Positions 1 to 11,888 of a DNA stretch of 64,000 bases are shown piece by piece. The position numbers and the translations under genes are program-made. Position 1 is the first letter of the stretch; each line of letters opens with the position of its first letter. The notes beneath the pieces are model-generated. The model was not told the DNA's origin. It saw only the letters and a list, made by a program, of their open reading frames with translations, and did not search any database. This stretch comes from Bugula neritina (lineage: Eukaryota; Animalia; Bryozoa), in NCBI GenBank assembly GCA_964035545.1, contig OZ037767.1, positions 1,313,680-1,377,679 on the forward strand, in the 5' to 3' direction.

Positions 1-88
1 AGAAATCAGCTAGTATTAGTGGAGGAGTTCAAAAGACTGCTAGTTATAGCTGGTGACTATCCAATTACTACCATCTCCTGAGACATAC

Positions 89-2710
89 CTTTAGTCTGGT
101 AGTGACTAAGTTAGACCATGTTAGCCCCAGCGCAGGTAAGTTTCTATTTTCACCGCTACCTGTCATATCAGCCATGACCTGCAATAGTTTGACTGAGTAA
201 AACACAACTGAATAGAATACTTGAATATTAACAACGACACAGACCATACAATAAGGCACCTGGCGGCTACCAAAGAGTAGGAGATGTCTGGCTAGTCGGG
301 ACGTTAACATTTACACCCAACCCATTTACCTGGTTGACACAGAACACAGCTACGTGATACTCCTTTGCTAGACGATGCAACTGCACACCGATAGCTGATA
401 TGTCTTTAGATCTGGCAGATATTGTCTGTTGCTCATCTTGACCTCTAAACACAGCAGTGATTGAGTCTATGATGATGAGGTTAGTTAGACCTCGAGCGAG
501 GAGTTTTGGGACTTTATTCTCAAGTGCAGCTAGCAGCTGGTCCTGTGAGTATATTTACAAACATGACATTGGTGCTGGCAGCAAACATGAACTAGATTCT
601 TATAACGTGCAATGAAACCAAGTAAACAACAAGATGCTGTAGTAATAGTCTTTTCTTTTTTCAAAAACAAAGCCAACAGCTCAGTTTAGAATTCATAAAT
701 AAAAATGTGATGAAAATTTTTCAAAGCGCAAAATTCATAATGACAAATACTGTTTCTTTTTATACTGACTACATTATTAGTAAATGAACTGCAAACTAAT
801 ATTACAGGGTTAATGTCAAATGTAGTCAAAGCAGACGTATGCACAGCAGACGTATTAACAGAATACAAATGTAAATTACATCACATAATAGACCACCTTG
901 TTTGAAATATGCTCTACAAACACGTGATCAGAAAATCTGTGGTTAGTCAAAAGTGGATTATGGTGTTTGATTGACTGTTCAAGCTGCAGCAATCTTTGGC
1001 TAGGAAATACATCTTCAGTGCAGATATAGAGGCAATCTACAGCATAATACAAGATATAGAGGTAATCTGCAGCATAATACAAGATATAGAGACAATCTAC
1101 AGCATAATACAAGATATAGAGACAATCTACAGCATACCACAAGAATGTAATTATTAGTTTGATTGAAAATAAAACTACATTTCCTAAATTTTCCGAATTA
1201 CAAAAAACTAAATGAGTGTGCAGTTGTTGTACTCTAAACTAGTGCGCTAAGTTAATAGACACTAAAATTATTAATAGCAATAAGTACTAGTGATATATAT
1301 TATAAGTATTACTACTATTAAGTATTACTACTATTAAGTATTACTACTAAGTTACTAAATAAATCAGTAGCATAAAATACTAACTGCTAAGTCTACCATT
1401 ACGTTTCACCAACTGAGAGTGAAGAGCCAGCTGCATGCAGATCTGAGTTTTCCCGCAAGCACTCTCTCCAGATATCTCAGTTATTCCCTGACAGAGGATG
1501 CCTCCTGTGAATAGAAATATCTTTTACCTCTTACTTCAAAGAACAGGATCACTGAGTTAATATAAAAGCTTATAGTTAATCAATTGAAATTTGAGTCCAA
1601 ACACTCTTCAATCTTAAATCATCACTGAGTCATTATCACTTGTAATATTTGACAAAATTTCTTGCACATCTTTATCTTAGCTTTCTACGATAGTATTACC
1701 GAAAGGAAACTAGAATATATCCCCTTAAATTTAAGATGCTTACTACTACTATTATTATTTGTTGATGTTTTAAAATCATTTTAATTAGTAAAGCAGCTAA
1801 CTCAGGTGTGTATTTGAAGAAAAAATACAGTAAACAGTCTAAAGCATTAGCAGTCATTAGTGAAACCATATCACAGCAAAAGTCATTGATTAAATTATAT
1901 CACAGCAAAAGTCATTGGTTAAACTATAGCACAATAGCAGCAGCCAATCATAAGAAGACTAATAAGATTTAGTGAAGACAAAAAACTTACCATTTAAAGC
2001 TTTATCGATTGAGTCGCATCCAATGGGCAACTTTTGATAGTCTAATTTCAGACAATCCAAAGCTGTGAAATAAAGATGAATAAAAGTTCAACTTAAACAT
2101 TACAGCAATAAATTTTGCTGATATAAAATAAAATGTGAAATGACTATGACTATACCTGATATAACTTTTATAGGGTACAACAAGTTGCAAGCTTGTTCTT
2201 TAATATTTTCAATTTTAGCTGCGGAAATCTGAGTAGCTCTTTGAAGGTCAGCGGATCCTTTTACAAGAACATCTTCCAGTTTTGAAATTTTAGCTAAAAG
2301 CATAAAATAGGGTAAAAATTTTGAAACATTTAGATTTACTTCCGATAGTAATAACTACAATACCAATTTAATTACATAATTTAAAAGCAAGTGAGTAATA
2401 GTATGAACTCAGAAAATAAATCACAATAACTACAATATCAGTACGTGATGATAATGATTCACAGCTACACGTAAGTTTTAATGTGAATCAATGAATCATT
2501 AAAACTAGAAGTAAATCAAAATCAATTTGATTCACTTTTAGTTTTAGTATCAAAATGATTTAACAGCTTGAGATGCGTTAACTTAAACTGAAGTTGAAGT
2601 TATGAGTGTGGTCGAAAACATAAAATTAAATTAAAACATTAAAGTGCACCGTTCTTGAGCTTTTTAATTAAGTCTGGATGAATTGCCAAGCCATCAACTG
2701 GAAGACTCAT
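89..2710 (-). CDS. XRCC3: XRCC3, RAD51-paralog DNA repair protein; multi-exon, 3' end runs off the left edge
   Basis: Exons ~2650-2710 (MSLPVDGLAIHPDLIKKLKN), 2156-2293, 1991-2062, 1397-1504 (GITEISGESACGKTQICMQL, Walker A), 897-1036 (LYICTEDVFPSQRL), 330-542 (LIIIDS Walker B; VFCVNQ), 89-178 (PALGLTWSNLVTTRL). Motif order matches human XRCC3 (GITELAGRSSAGKTQ, YICTEDAFP, PALGITWAN). Confidence 0.93.
1022..1140 (-). repeat. 30-bp tandem repeat x4 spanning an XRCC3 3' splice site
   Basis: Unit (-) GTATTATGCTGTAG|ATTGTCTCTATATCTT; the last copy is the functional acceptor at 1037/1036. Confidence 0.92.
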
Positions 2711-3093
2711 GTTGGATGTGAACTGAAGTTCTGGAGCAGTAGGAGCATTTCCTGCCTTTCAAAATTTAGATAACTATTGGCATTGCGCTGCCGAAGTCAC
2801 TTTAACTATTCCCGCTAAAATTAGCACCAACAAAGTCAATTCATTTGCTAAAAAGAGAAGGCAACCTTTCACAACGTGTTTTGCCTAAAGTCTAAACATT
2901 AGTTTATAACATAGTATTATTATTATATCAAAAAACTAGACTGCATTATTTTTTGCTATATCTTATTTTTTGAGTTTAAAATATACAATAAACATTGATT
3001 AGAAATAGACAATAGTTTTCATATTGTTTCTTCTTTTAATAACCGAACTCACTTCCTTCGAATGTGCCCAGTTACAGATTCCGGAAATTAACC
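2711..3093. promoter_or_regulatory. Bidirectional promoter between XRCC3 and SNX6
   Basis: Start codons at 2710 (-) and 3094 (+) are ~380 bp apart, head-to-head. ETS-like CACTTCC (~3050) and TTCCGGAA (~3079) lie in the gap. Confidence 0.7.
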
Positions 3094-6000
3094 ATGATGG
3101 TGGGTGTTGCTACAATTAAATACTTAACCATATTTATTATAGTCATTTATTGCCACCTTGTTCCCTTGTGTTTAATCGTTTGTCATAGTTCGTTAGTGTT
3201 TTATCGTAATTTAATATAAGCTTGTTTGACTTTTATAGTAAAAAAGCCGCCGGTGCTTACAGAATCTTACTCTTAGTAATGGTTCAATCAAATTCCATTT
3301 GAATTTCATTCAAAATTATTATTTTTATGATTATCAAATTGAAATTCAATCCTAATGGCTGATTGAGTAATCACTATCAGATTCAGTGATAAACTAAAAC
3401 TCATAATATTAATCATCATCAAGTAATCATAATAACCACGATGACCCTCACAACCAGTGTGACTGTTACTATAACTGCGAATTTGACAGTAGCGATCATG
3501 TTGATGTTAACAGTTAATCATAATGATAATCATAATAATAATGTAAAACTTAACCAACAGAAACTTATTCTGAAATTCAGCTACATTTTTATCATATTTA
3601 TAATCGTAGACATTATGATGATGATTGTGATCATCATTATGTGCAATTTGAAATTAACATAGCATTAACAAATTTAAATTACCCATTTAAATTTGTTGGT
3701 TTTAAGGCTTTGCCTTATGATAAACTAAAGTGACTATCATTATGTAAGAGTAAAAGTAAACAGTAACTCAAATTGTAGACACCCTCAGTCTCATTATAGA
3801 TTATCGATACTTACAGTTATGCTTATAGAGTTATAGTAACAGCAATACTACTAGTTATACTTATAGTTATACTAAATATAATAGTTGAAGTTGACAAATT
3901 AGACTAGACAGGGATATAAAATTAAAAATATTTAATAATTTATATTGTATTATTTTTATTTTAACTCAATATAATTACTATTAAGAGAATAAATATATCA
4001 TAAACTCATCTATAATAGTATGACGGATATGTTTCTAAGTAATAAAATATACCAGATGCAGTAGTAGCTCTTTTCTAAAACAAATCTTTAATTGCAGTTA
4101 ACTGCACCTTTTCAACTAATACAATAAGCTAAAAATAATGTAGTAGTTGTCAGTAATTTAGCTCATCAAACCCATTAGTTTAATGCATAGTCAATATTTA
4201 GGTATATAATATAATCCATAAACTACATAAAATAGAGTGTAGCAATTATTGTCAAAACTTTACTAGCTTCCTACACTCAATTTGAATCTGAAGAAGCTTT
4301 GCTTTTCTGTAGGACGGTATGGATGACATGATGGAGGATGCCCCTCTACACGACCCTGAACCACCAAAGGTCAAGTTTACTGAATAATTTGATTTCTTTA
4401 GCATTACTTCCAGCATAAAACTGTACATCTTGTTATGTAATCAGTTGTATAACTGCCTGATAATGTTTGTAGGGTCGTACAGCCACAAACACTTCTGTAG
4501 ATCTCAATGCAGACAGTTCCCTGGAGATAGACATCAGTGATGCTCTTAGTGAAAAAGACAAAGTCAAATTCACTGTTCACACTAAAGTAATATATTCACT
4601 GTTCACACTAAAGTAATATATTCACTGTTCACACCAAAGTAATATATTAAACCTAAAGTTGTCTTCTTTATTTGTAAAACTTTTTTTACAAAATATTATG
4701 ATACTTTTCCACCTCAACCTTTTTGTGGTTTTGCATTATTTTAATTGTTTTCTGTTATTTCTATGAAATGTCAGCCATTCAAAGAATTGGTTTCACTACC
4801 TTTTAGATGGACTCTATTTTTGCACACATTCCTTCTTCTAATTGCAGTTTTGTCAGTTATTGTGGAGTTGTCTTCCTCATTATTCAATATTTATCTATAA
4901 TTAATCTCTAAACGTAAGCTGTATTTCCTGTCTAGACTACACTCCCTGCGTTTGAGAAGCCGGAGTTCTCGGTGGTGCGACTACACGAAGAGTTTGCATG
5001 GCTACACGACCGGTTTGTGGAGAATGAAGAATACGCCGGTGTGATTGTGAGTCATGGCCGTACTATTTTGTGTCCTTCCGAGATATTTGAGCAATAATGA
5101 AAATATGCTATAATCTTGTACTAATACTCTTTTTGTATTTTTTTTATTGTTGGTAATACTACTGACATTATCCTAGGTAATGTAGTGCTATGGAAACCTA
5201 ATTATAATATACTAGTATGCAGTAGTGAGTCAAGTAACGTGAGTTAGTCCTAGTAGTGAGTTAAGTAGTGATTTAGTGGTGGTAGTGAGTTAGTAGTGGT
5301 AGTGAGCTGATAGAGAAAATAGTTCTGCGAAGCAATGTAATCATTGCCAACTCTTGTTTATTGTGCTATAATAGCATCATTCCGTATTTTCGTTATATTT
5401 TATTGCATGGTATGGTATTGTATTCAGTATTTCCGGACGTATGACATACTCATAGTTTTTCCAACCACATAAAGAGTAGTCTTTTTTTGTGAATTACTAT
5501 TGCATGTCGTATTTCCTCTTTCAAGATTCCTCCTCCACCTCCTCGACCAGACTTCGATGCCTCGAGGGAGAAGTTACAGAGACTGAGTGAGGGAGAAGGT
5601 GCTATGACTAAGGAGGAGTTCACTAAGATGAAGCAGGAGCTGGAGGCGTGAGTATAACTCTAATCAGTAGAATAGTAATATCACTTCTTGAAAGACTTGT
5701 GATAGGAAGATAGTAGGAACTATTCCATCGATATACACAGCTGAACTATAAACACTGTTCAGATTATCATAGAGTCGGCTGCACTCGATAGGCTTTTTCT
5801 TTATGTCTTGTAGCATATATGTAGTTATAGTAGAGGGCAAATGATAGACTCGGAATAATTCATGTCTCTCCCTGGAGTCACATGATTGGCTAATGTTGGT
5901 TCCATTCTAAATATAAAGGGAATTCATTTCAGGGCCTTCTTTACACGAATAGTGCCCTGCTTTCTTCTCCTGTTTTTTATTGTCTCCTCCGTCAAAGCCT

Positions 6001-9000
6001 CAGTTCCATGAAACACTGTGTTTCTGTAGTGAGTACTTGGCCACCTTCAAGAAGACTGTAGCTATGCATGAAGTGTTCCTCCAGCGAATCGCGTCTCACG
6101 CCAAACTCAGAGAAGATGTGAACTTTAGAGTCTTTTTAAAATACGAAGAGGACGTAAGTTGCTACATATATATACACTCTTTGGTGTTTATAATGTCTGA
6201 GTATTCATCATGTTATATACTCTTTAGCTCTATAGATTGTCATGTGCTCATTGATGTGCTATATTAATTGACTATTATATATGCTCTTTGACTTATATGT
6301 ACTCCTTAAATAGAAAAAGTCTAGCTCACTGTGGAAACCCCAATGGAGGGTGGGTTAAACAGTCACCATGTTGACGACATGTTTGAGGGTATACCTGCTT
6401 GTATCACAGAAGCAATTATGGCTTTCTTGAAATTACCTGCGGAGATCTAAACCCGTGACCTTAGACTTACTAGGCCAGCAGTCTGGTCATTTAAATACTC
6501 CTGTATACATTCTTTAACTACATGCAGATAACATATGCATAATTTAAATATCTTGTAGTTGTGTGCTCGAAGTAAGAACAAAAAAGAAAAGTTTAGTGGA
6601 TTTATTTCTGCTCTGACGAAGAAAGCAGACGAGACCCTCATACTCTCTGGTCAAAAGGTTAATTTATTACTTTTATTATTGATTATTGGCTTTTATTATT
6701 GATTATTGATTATTGGCTATTATTGTTTATTATTGACTATTGGCTAGTATTGCTACTTTTTCGTATACTGCTGTTAAGTCTGTCTGTTCGTCTCAAGGCT
6801 TCCAGAATATTGCTGACCAAACAGAGTATTGTAACTGAGAAATGCTTTGCTTCATGACAAAGTGGTGACAACTCCTAACTAGTACTCTATGACTACAAAA
6901 CTGCTTTCTAATGAGAAGATAATAGGAAAATAACTCTAGATGGCTTTTGATAGGTTGACGTAATTAATGTTTGGGAAAACAGTGGTCAATAGATAACCAT
7001 TGAATTCTTACTTACATTAGTTGTTTGGCTTAAATAATTAATTCATTCTTCAAGTGTGGAATCAAGAGTGTCTCTTTATTTAGAAAATGTTCAAGTATGC
7101 CTTGTGTAATCTATATCTATATCTAATCTATATTTCTACTGCTATTGTTAAGTAGATGCTGATACTATATAGTTGAAGGCCTTTAGAAATAATGAATAAA
7201 GATGTTTTTCATGAGCTCATTTGAGCTCTAGAAGATTCTATAATGTCACCATCAGTTGTATAAATGCAATTGTTGGACTCGTTGTTAGGATTCAGATGAG
7301 TTCTTTGAGAAGGAGAAGCATTTCCTGGTTGAGTATCATAGCAAACTAGCGGCAGCTACTGGCAAGGCTGACCGGGCTACCAGGTGCCAGAAAGGTGAGT
7401 ACTCCTGCTGCCGCTGTCTAGATGTAGTCTCCTCTGAATGTATGGAGGTGTGCGGTGAATATATATTAAAAATTATTGAACTGTGCTCACTAGACATAAT
7501 ATTGAGATATTTATAGTTGTATATTGAGTTGTATCTAGATTGTTGTATTACAGCTACTACTATACACTGTATTACACCTACTACTATATACTGTATTACA
7601 GCTACTACTATATACTGTATTACAGCTACTACTATATACTGTATTACAGCTACTACTATATACTGTATTACAGCTACTACTATATACTGTATTACAGCTA
7701 CTACTATATACTGTATTACAGCTACTACTATATACTGTATTACAGCTACTACTATATACTGTATTTTAGATGTGGCAGACGTGTATATTAAGCTGTCAAC
7801 TGGTTTTGTTACTCTCTCCACAATAGAGAATACGGAATTGGACAAGTAAGGAATTTAGACTAAGCTAAGGAACTTAGACTAACACTTATCTCACTCATTA
7901 TATTTATTTTCAACTCATGAAGGATTAATATGGAACTGCAGACTAAAACTGCAGTTCCATATTAATTACTCCGAATATATCTACTCCGAAGTAGATATAT
8001 TCGGAGTAACATTTTTACTCCGAATATATCTACTTCTCGAATTATCGTTTGTTAATATTTCATTTCAGGCTGTTGTGTAAAGTGGCGGAGTGCTTTGAGA
8101 AAACAAGGGTAAGTTGAATAAAAGTAAGTTATGTTTGGTAAAGGTACATTAAATTTATTACATAACATCTTTAGTATTTCCATTTTTGATTATTTTGGCT
8201 GGCAAACTTGCCACGAGCAATAAGTCATGTAACACCAATATTTTCATTTGATGTAAAGAGCTATTATCTAAACTGCATGCAAACAATTTGCTATAACTAT
8301 AATGTTTTATAGAAATTGGAGGGACGTATGGCTTCAGATTTCGACCTCAAGCTATCTGATTTGTTGCGGTACTACACAAATGACACCCGTGCTGCGCTAG
8401 ATTTGTTGTATAGGAGATCTAGGGCTTTAGCCAACTTTGAACATTCCAACAAGGTAATGGGACCTTGTGAAGTATTGCTGCTCAGAATTAATATGTTTTA
8501 ATCTGTTGATTCTACAAGTTTATGCACTAGCATTGTTGCTTTGTTACACACGTGTTGCTTAGTTACACACACGTGTTGCCTAGTTACACACGTGTTGCCT
8601 AGTTACACACGTGTTGTTGTAACCTGCTGCAGGCCCTGGACAAAGCCAGACAGAAGAACAAGGATGTGGCCAACGCGGAGGCCACGCAGCAATCAATGTC
8701 TGAGAAGTTTGAGAAAATTTCAGAAGTGGCCAGAGAAGGTATAATGAGAAGATAATGTGCTACAATATTCTCTAGAACTGTAGAAATATATTTTCTAGAA
8801 CTGTAGAAATATATTATCTAGAACTGTAGAAATATATTTTCTAGAACTGTTGAAATATATTCTCTAGAACTGTAGAAATATATTCTCTAGAACTGTGGAA
8901 ATATATTCTCTAGAACTGTGGAAATATATTTTATGATATAAAATGGTTAAGGGAATTGTTTTGAAGCAGTTTAGCATTTCTATACCGTGATATTTAACCC

Positions 9001-9537
9001 TTTTGTTGGGTGGGCTGAGAAAGTCTCAAACTTTTATGATAAACTGAAAGAGCTGAGTTTAGGAGGACTTTAAGGGATCATCTTCTCTCCGTCTCTTGAG
9101 TCAGACTGGGTGTCAGCATTCTGTTATACTTTGCTTCTATCTCTACAGAACTGGCAGCTTTCAAGACGAGGAGAATTGTCCACTTCAGAAAGAATTTAAT
9201 GGAAATGGCCGAACTTCAGATCAAACATGCCAAGGTAGGTACAAAGCGACCTTGACTCATCTCCATAGTAACGGCTATTCTTTACTCATTAGAAATGTAC
9301 TGCAGAAGAATCACTGTTACTGCATGTTGGTTTGCTTAAGATTCTATACGTTAGTGTTTAATGTCAAATCAACCTGTTTGAAAATTAGTAAATAGTATTT
9401 TAGATTTTACAGGAATATTTGTAATTCATGTTGTATTTAGTTTTGTGTTGACTTTTGGTCCATGAATTTGTCTTGTCTATTTGCAGGCCCAGGTGCAGCT
9501 GTATAAGATGTGTCTCAACGTCATTAAAGAAGATTGA
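3094..9537 (+). CDS. SNX6: Sorting nexin 6/5-type (PX + BAR, retromer-associated), 13 coding exons
   Basis: Exons 3094-3099, 4313-4369, 4473-4586, 4936-5046, 5526-5647, 6030-6153, 6559-6657, 7289-7394, 7770-7845, 8069-8108, 8313-8453, 8633-8738, 9149-9234, 9487-9537 join in frame. Peptides [60 protein letters not shown] and [11 protein letters not shown] are near-identical to human SNX6. Confidence 0.96.
3270..3900. other. 6-bp-phased TNA tract (SNX6 intron 1)
   Basis: From 3811: TTA cag TTA tgc TTA tag .. TTA tag TAA cag .. TTA tac TTA tag TTA tac TAA ata TAA. Confidence 0.75.
4569..4646 (+). repeat. 26-bp tandem repeat x3 spanning an SNX6 5' splice site
   Basis: TTCACTGTTCACACTAAA|GTAATATA at 4569, 4595 and 4621. 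Confidence 0.93.
7544..7769 (+). repeat. 24-bp minisatellite (~9 copies) ending at an SNX6 acceptor
   Basis: Unit TGTATTACAGCTACTACTATATAC; terminal variant TGTATTTTAG|ATG. Confidence 0.93.
7924..8036. repeat. Two adjacent perfect inverted repeats (18-bp and 20-bp stems) plus a third arm copy
   Basis: ATTAATATGGAACTGCAG-actaaaa-CTGCAGTTCCATATTAAT; TTACTCCGAATATATCTACT-ccga-AGTAGATATATTCGGAGTAA; arm repeated at ~8015. Confidence 0.93.
8543..8615 (+). repeat. ~20-bp repeat x3-4 before an SNX6 acceptor
   Basis: Unit GTTACACACGTGTTGCCTA. Confidence 0.85.
8764..8930 (+). repeat. 24-bp minisatellite x~7 after an SNX6 donor
   Basis: Unit ATATTCTCTAGAACTGTAGAAAT with variants. Confidence 0.9.
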
Positions 9538-11888
9538 CTGGAATATTTATAACTCTTTGAATACGACACGATAGCTCTTTCCTGGTGCATTAGTGACGGA
9601 CGCACCTGTCTGTCTGTCTGTCTCTTCTCTACCCTCATTTCCCCCGAAAGTCCTTAAAGATGCATTATTTTTATTGTTTCTTCACTTTGTTTTTAGCAAC
9701 ATTATTCAACAAATATTGCAATGGTGTGTAGCCATGCTGCAGTTGTACGTCTTGCTATTATGTGCTTTACTACCGCATTTCATATTATTTGAGACTGTGG
9801 ACAATAGAATAAATTATTACAGTTCCTATCCAATGCCTAACTATAGTGGTTTTCTAGCAATAGTTTTTGTTTTGGAGTTTCTAGAATTTAGTAATTCATA
9901 GACACTGGCTATGCTGAAATTCACGAAGTGATGGATTGACAGATCATACTTATATAACCTGTTTCAGTATGCATAATTTATAATATAATAATATAGTATA
10001 ATAATATAATCAATTAATAATACAATATAATTAAATAATAAAACACTTTATTGTCTACCGGACTCAATTTTACTCATTTTACCATGATACCCTTCAGTCT
10101 ACTTTAACAAGCTCCCTTTTAAGCGGAGATCAAACTGCCTTATAATATAAAAGTTTCAGTTACACCCAGTGTTTGCTGTGGTATGATTTGACCATTTTAT
10201 TAATTTTTTAGACCTACCCAACAAAAATTAGAATCAACAACTTTTTTCTGCTAACTGAAAAAGTTCTATATAATGGGTATTATCAAGTACAGGCTCCTAG
10301 AGCAGTGAACTCTAGGATAGAATAGCATGCTGAGTAGGTTACTGTATTGCGTCAAGTCTACTTGGGCCTTGAATTGGTGTAGACAGAAAAACAACACATT
10401 AATAAAACTACAATTATACAAACTGACCAGCTTGTCCCATTGTTCAATTCCTAAGAGAGAAATTACTCTGAGCCAAGTCTATGGGTCACCAAAGTTCAAC
10501 AGAAAGTCTAATTAATCTTCAGTGAGCAATTATTTGGTTTAGGCTTGGTGCTGAGGCAGTATTTTTAGCAAACTAGCGTAAATTGTTTAAAAATAAAAAT
10601 TAGCTCACACCCAACTGTAATAAAAGATGTTGGAAATTACAGTATTTCGTCATCAATCAAGTTGCATAAATAGAATTTAAATATACAAAGTTTTGTTACC
10701 GGCAGCTTTAAATATGTTCAGCCATTTCAACATAGGTTGGTATATTTATTACCACGAAGCAATATAAATTCACAACAATGGTATTCTACAGTAAAATAAT
10801 GATAGTTCTAACTATGATGTTACAGAAAAACTGCTTTATGGGTCAACAGATAGTTCGTTGTAGTATATACCACACATAGATTTCTGTTATTACTGCATTT
10901 CTTATTATTACTGTATTTCTAATAATTCAGTCGTCCAAGGTGGATAATTGTATCACTGCATGTAGAACTACAGTGTATACTTGTATTACTACATGCATAG
11001 CTACAGTATATAATTGTATTACTGCTCGTATATTATTATGAGCATTTTATTTCTGTAAAATTGCTCAAGAAATTTATGAAAATAGTTTACATTTGTAATT
11101 CCCTCCTTGCACCATTTTTACACTGATGGACGTACATACCCTAGTTACCATACTTACTCTTACTTACCCTATAGTTACCATACTTAGACTTACTATTACT
11201 GTTGCTATATAACCAGATACAATGCTCCATTCATACAACAACAATCATGTAGCTTCACAACAAAAAGATGTAATATAGTCCTTAGAATATTAATGAGGTG
11301 ACGTTATGATGAAACAGCTACACGCTGGGCTCCTGTTGTCTTTAAAACTATCAAATCAATATCATAATCAAAAGTGTGGCATTACAAATGAAACACATTT
11401 TGCCATTCATTTCTTTCTTTTTACAGCCAAAAGTAGCTAATAATAAATAGCCAGTGCAAGCTCTATTTCTAGTCATAGGCGTTGTGTCGTACTTGGAGAG
11501 GTGAACAGTTAACAATCTATTAACTCCTTTAGAGATATAAAGGTAGGCAAACAGACTTACATCTCCTTAGAGTATGTAGCAAAGGTATAATAATGTTTAA
11601 TAAGCACTTTATAAGGTTTATATAATTGTCATATTTTAGTCTACCAACACCAACAATAACAACTCTTGGAACCATATTATGAATGTATCATATGACAATT
11701 TTTCACAATATTACATTTAATAATTTTTTCCAAACATTTTAGCTTATATTCAATAACATTTGATTTTGTATGGTTTATATAATAATATTCTAGACAATAT
11801 TTCAGAGCTGTATGCCATATACACGAATAGCTTGAAGTGATTGCTAAGGTTAAACTCAGCATCCCAGCTAACAGTTGAGGCTTAGAAT

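Noticed and set aside
3441-3662. 73-aa hydrophobic ORF
   Set aside because: Artefact of the 6-bp TNA periodicity; no splice or homology support.
10080-10560. Possible decayed LINE 3' end
   Set aside because: Only vague peptide resemblance across broken frames and no RT motif; needs a repeat-library search.
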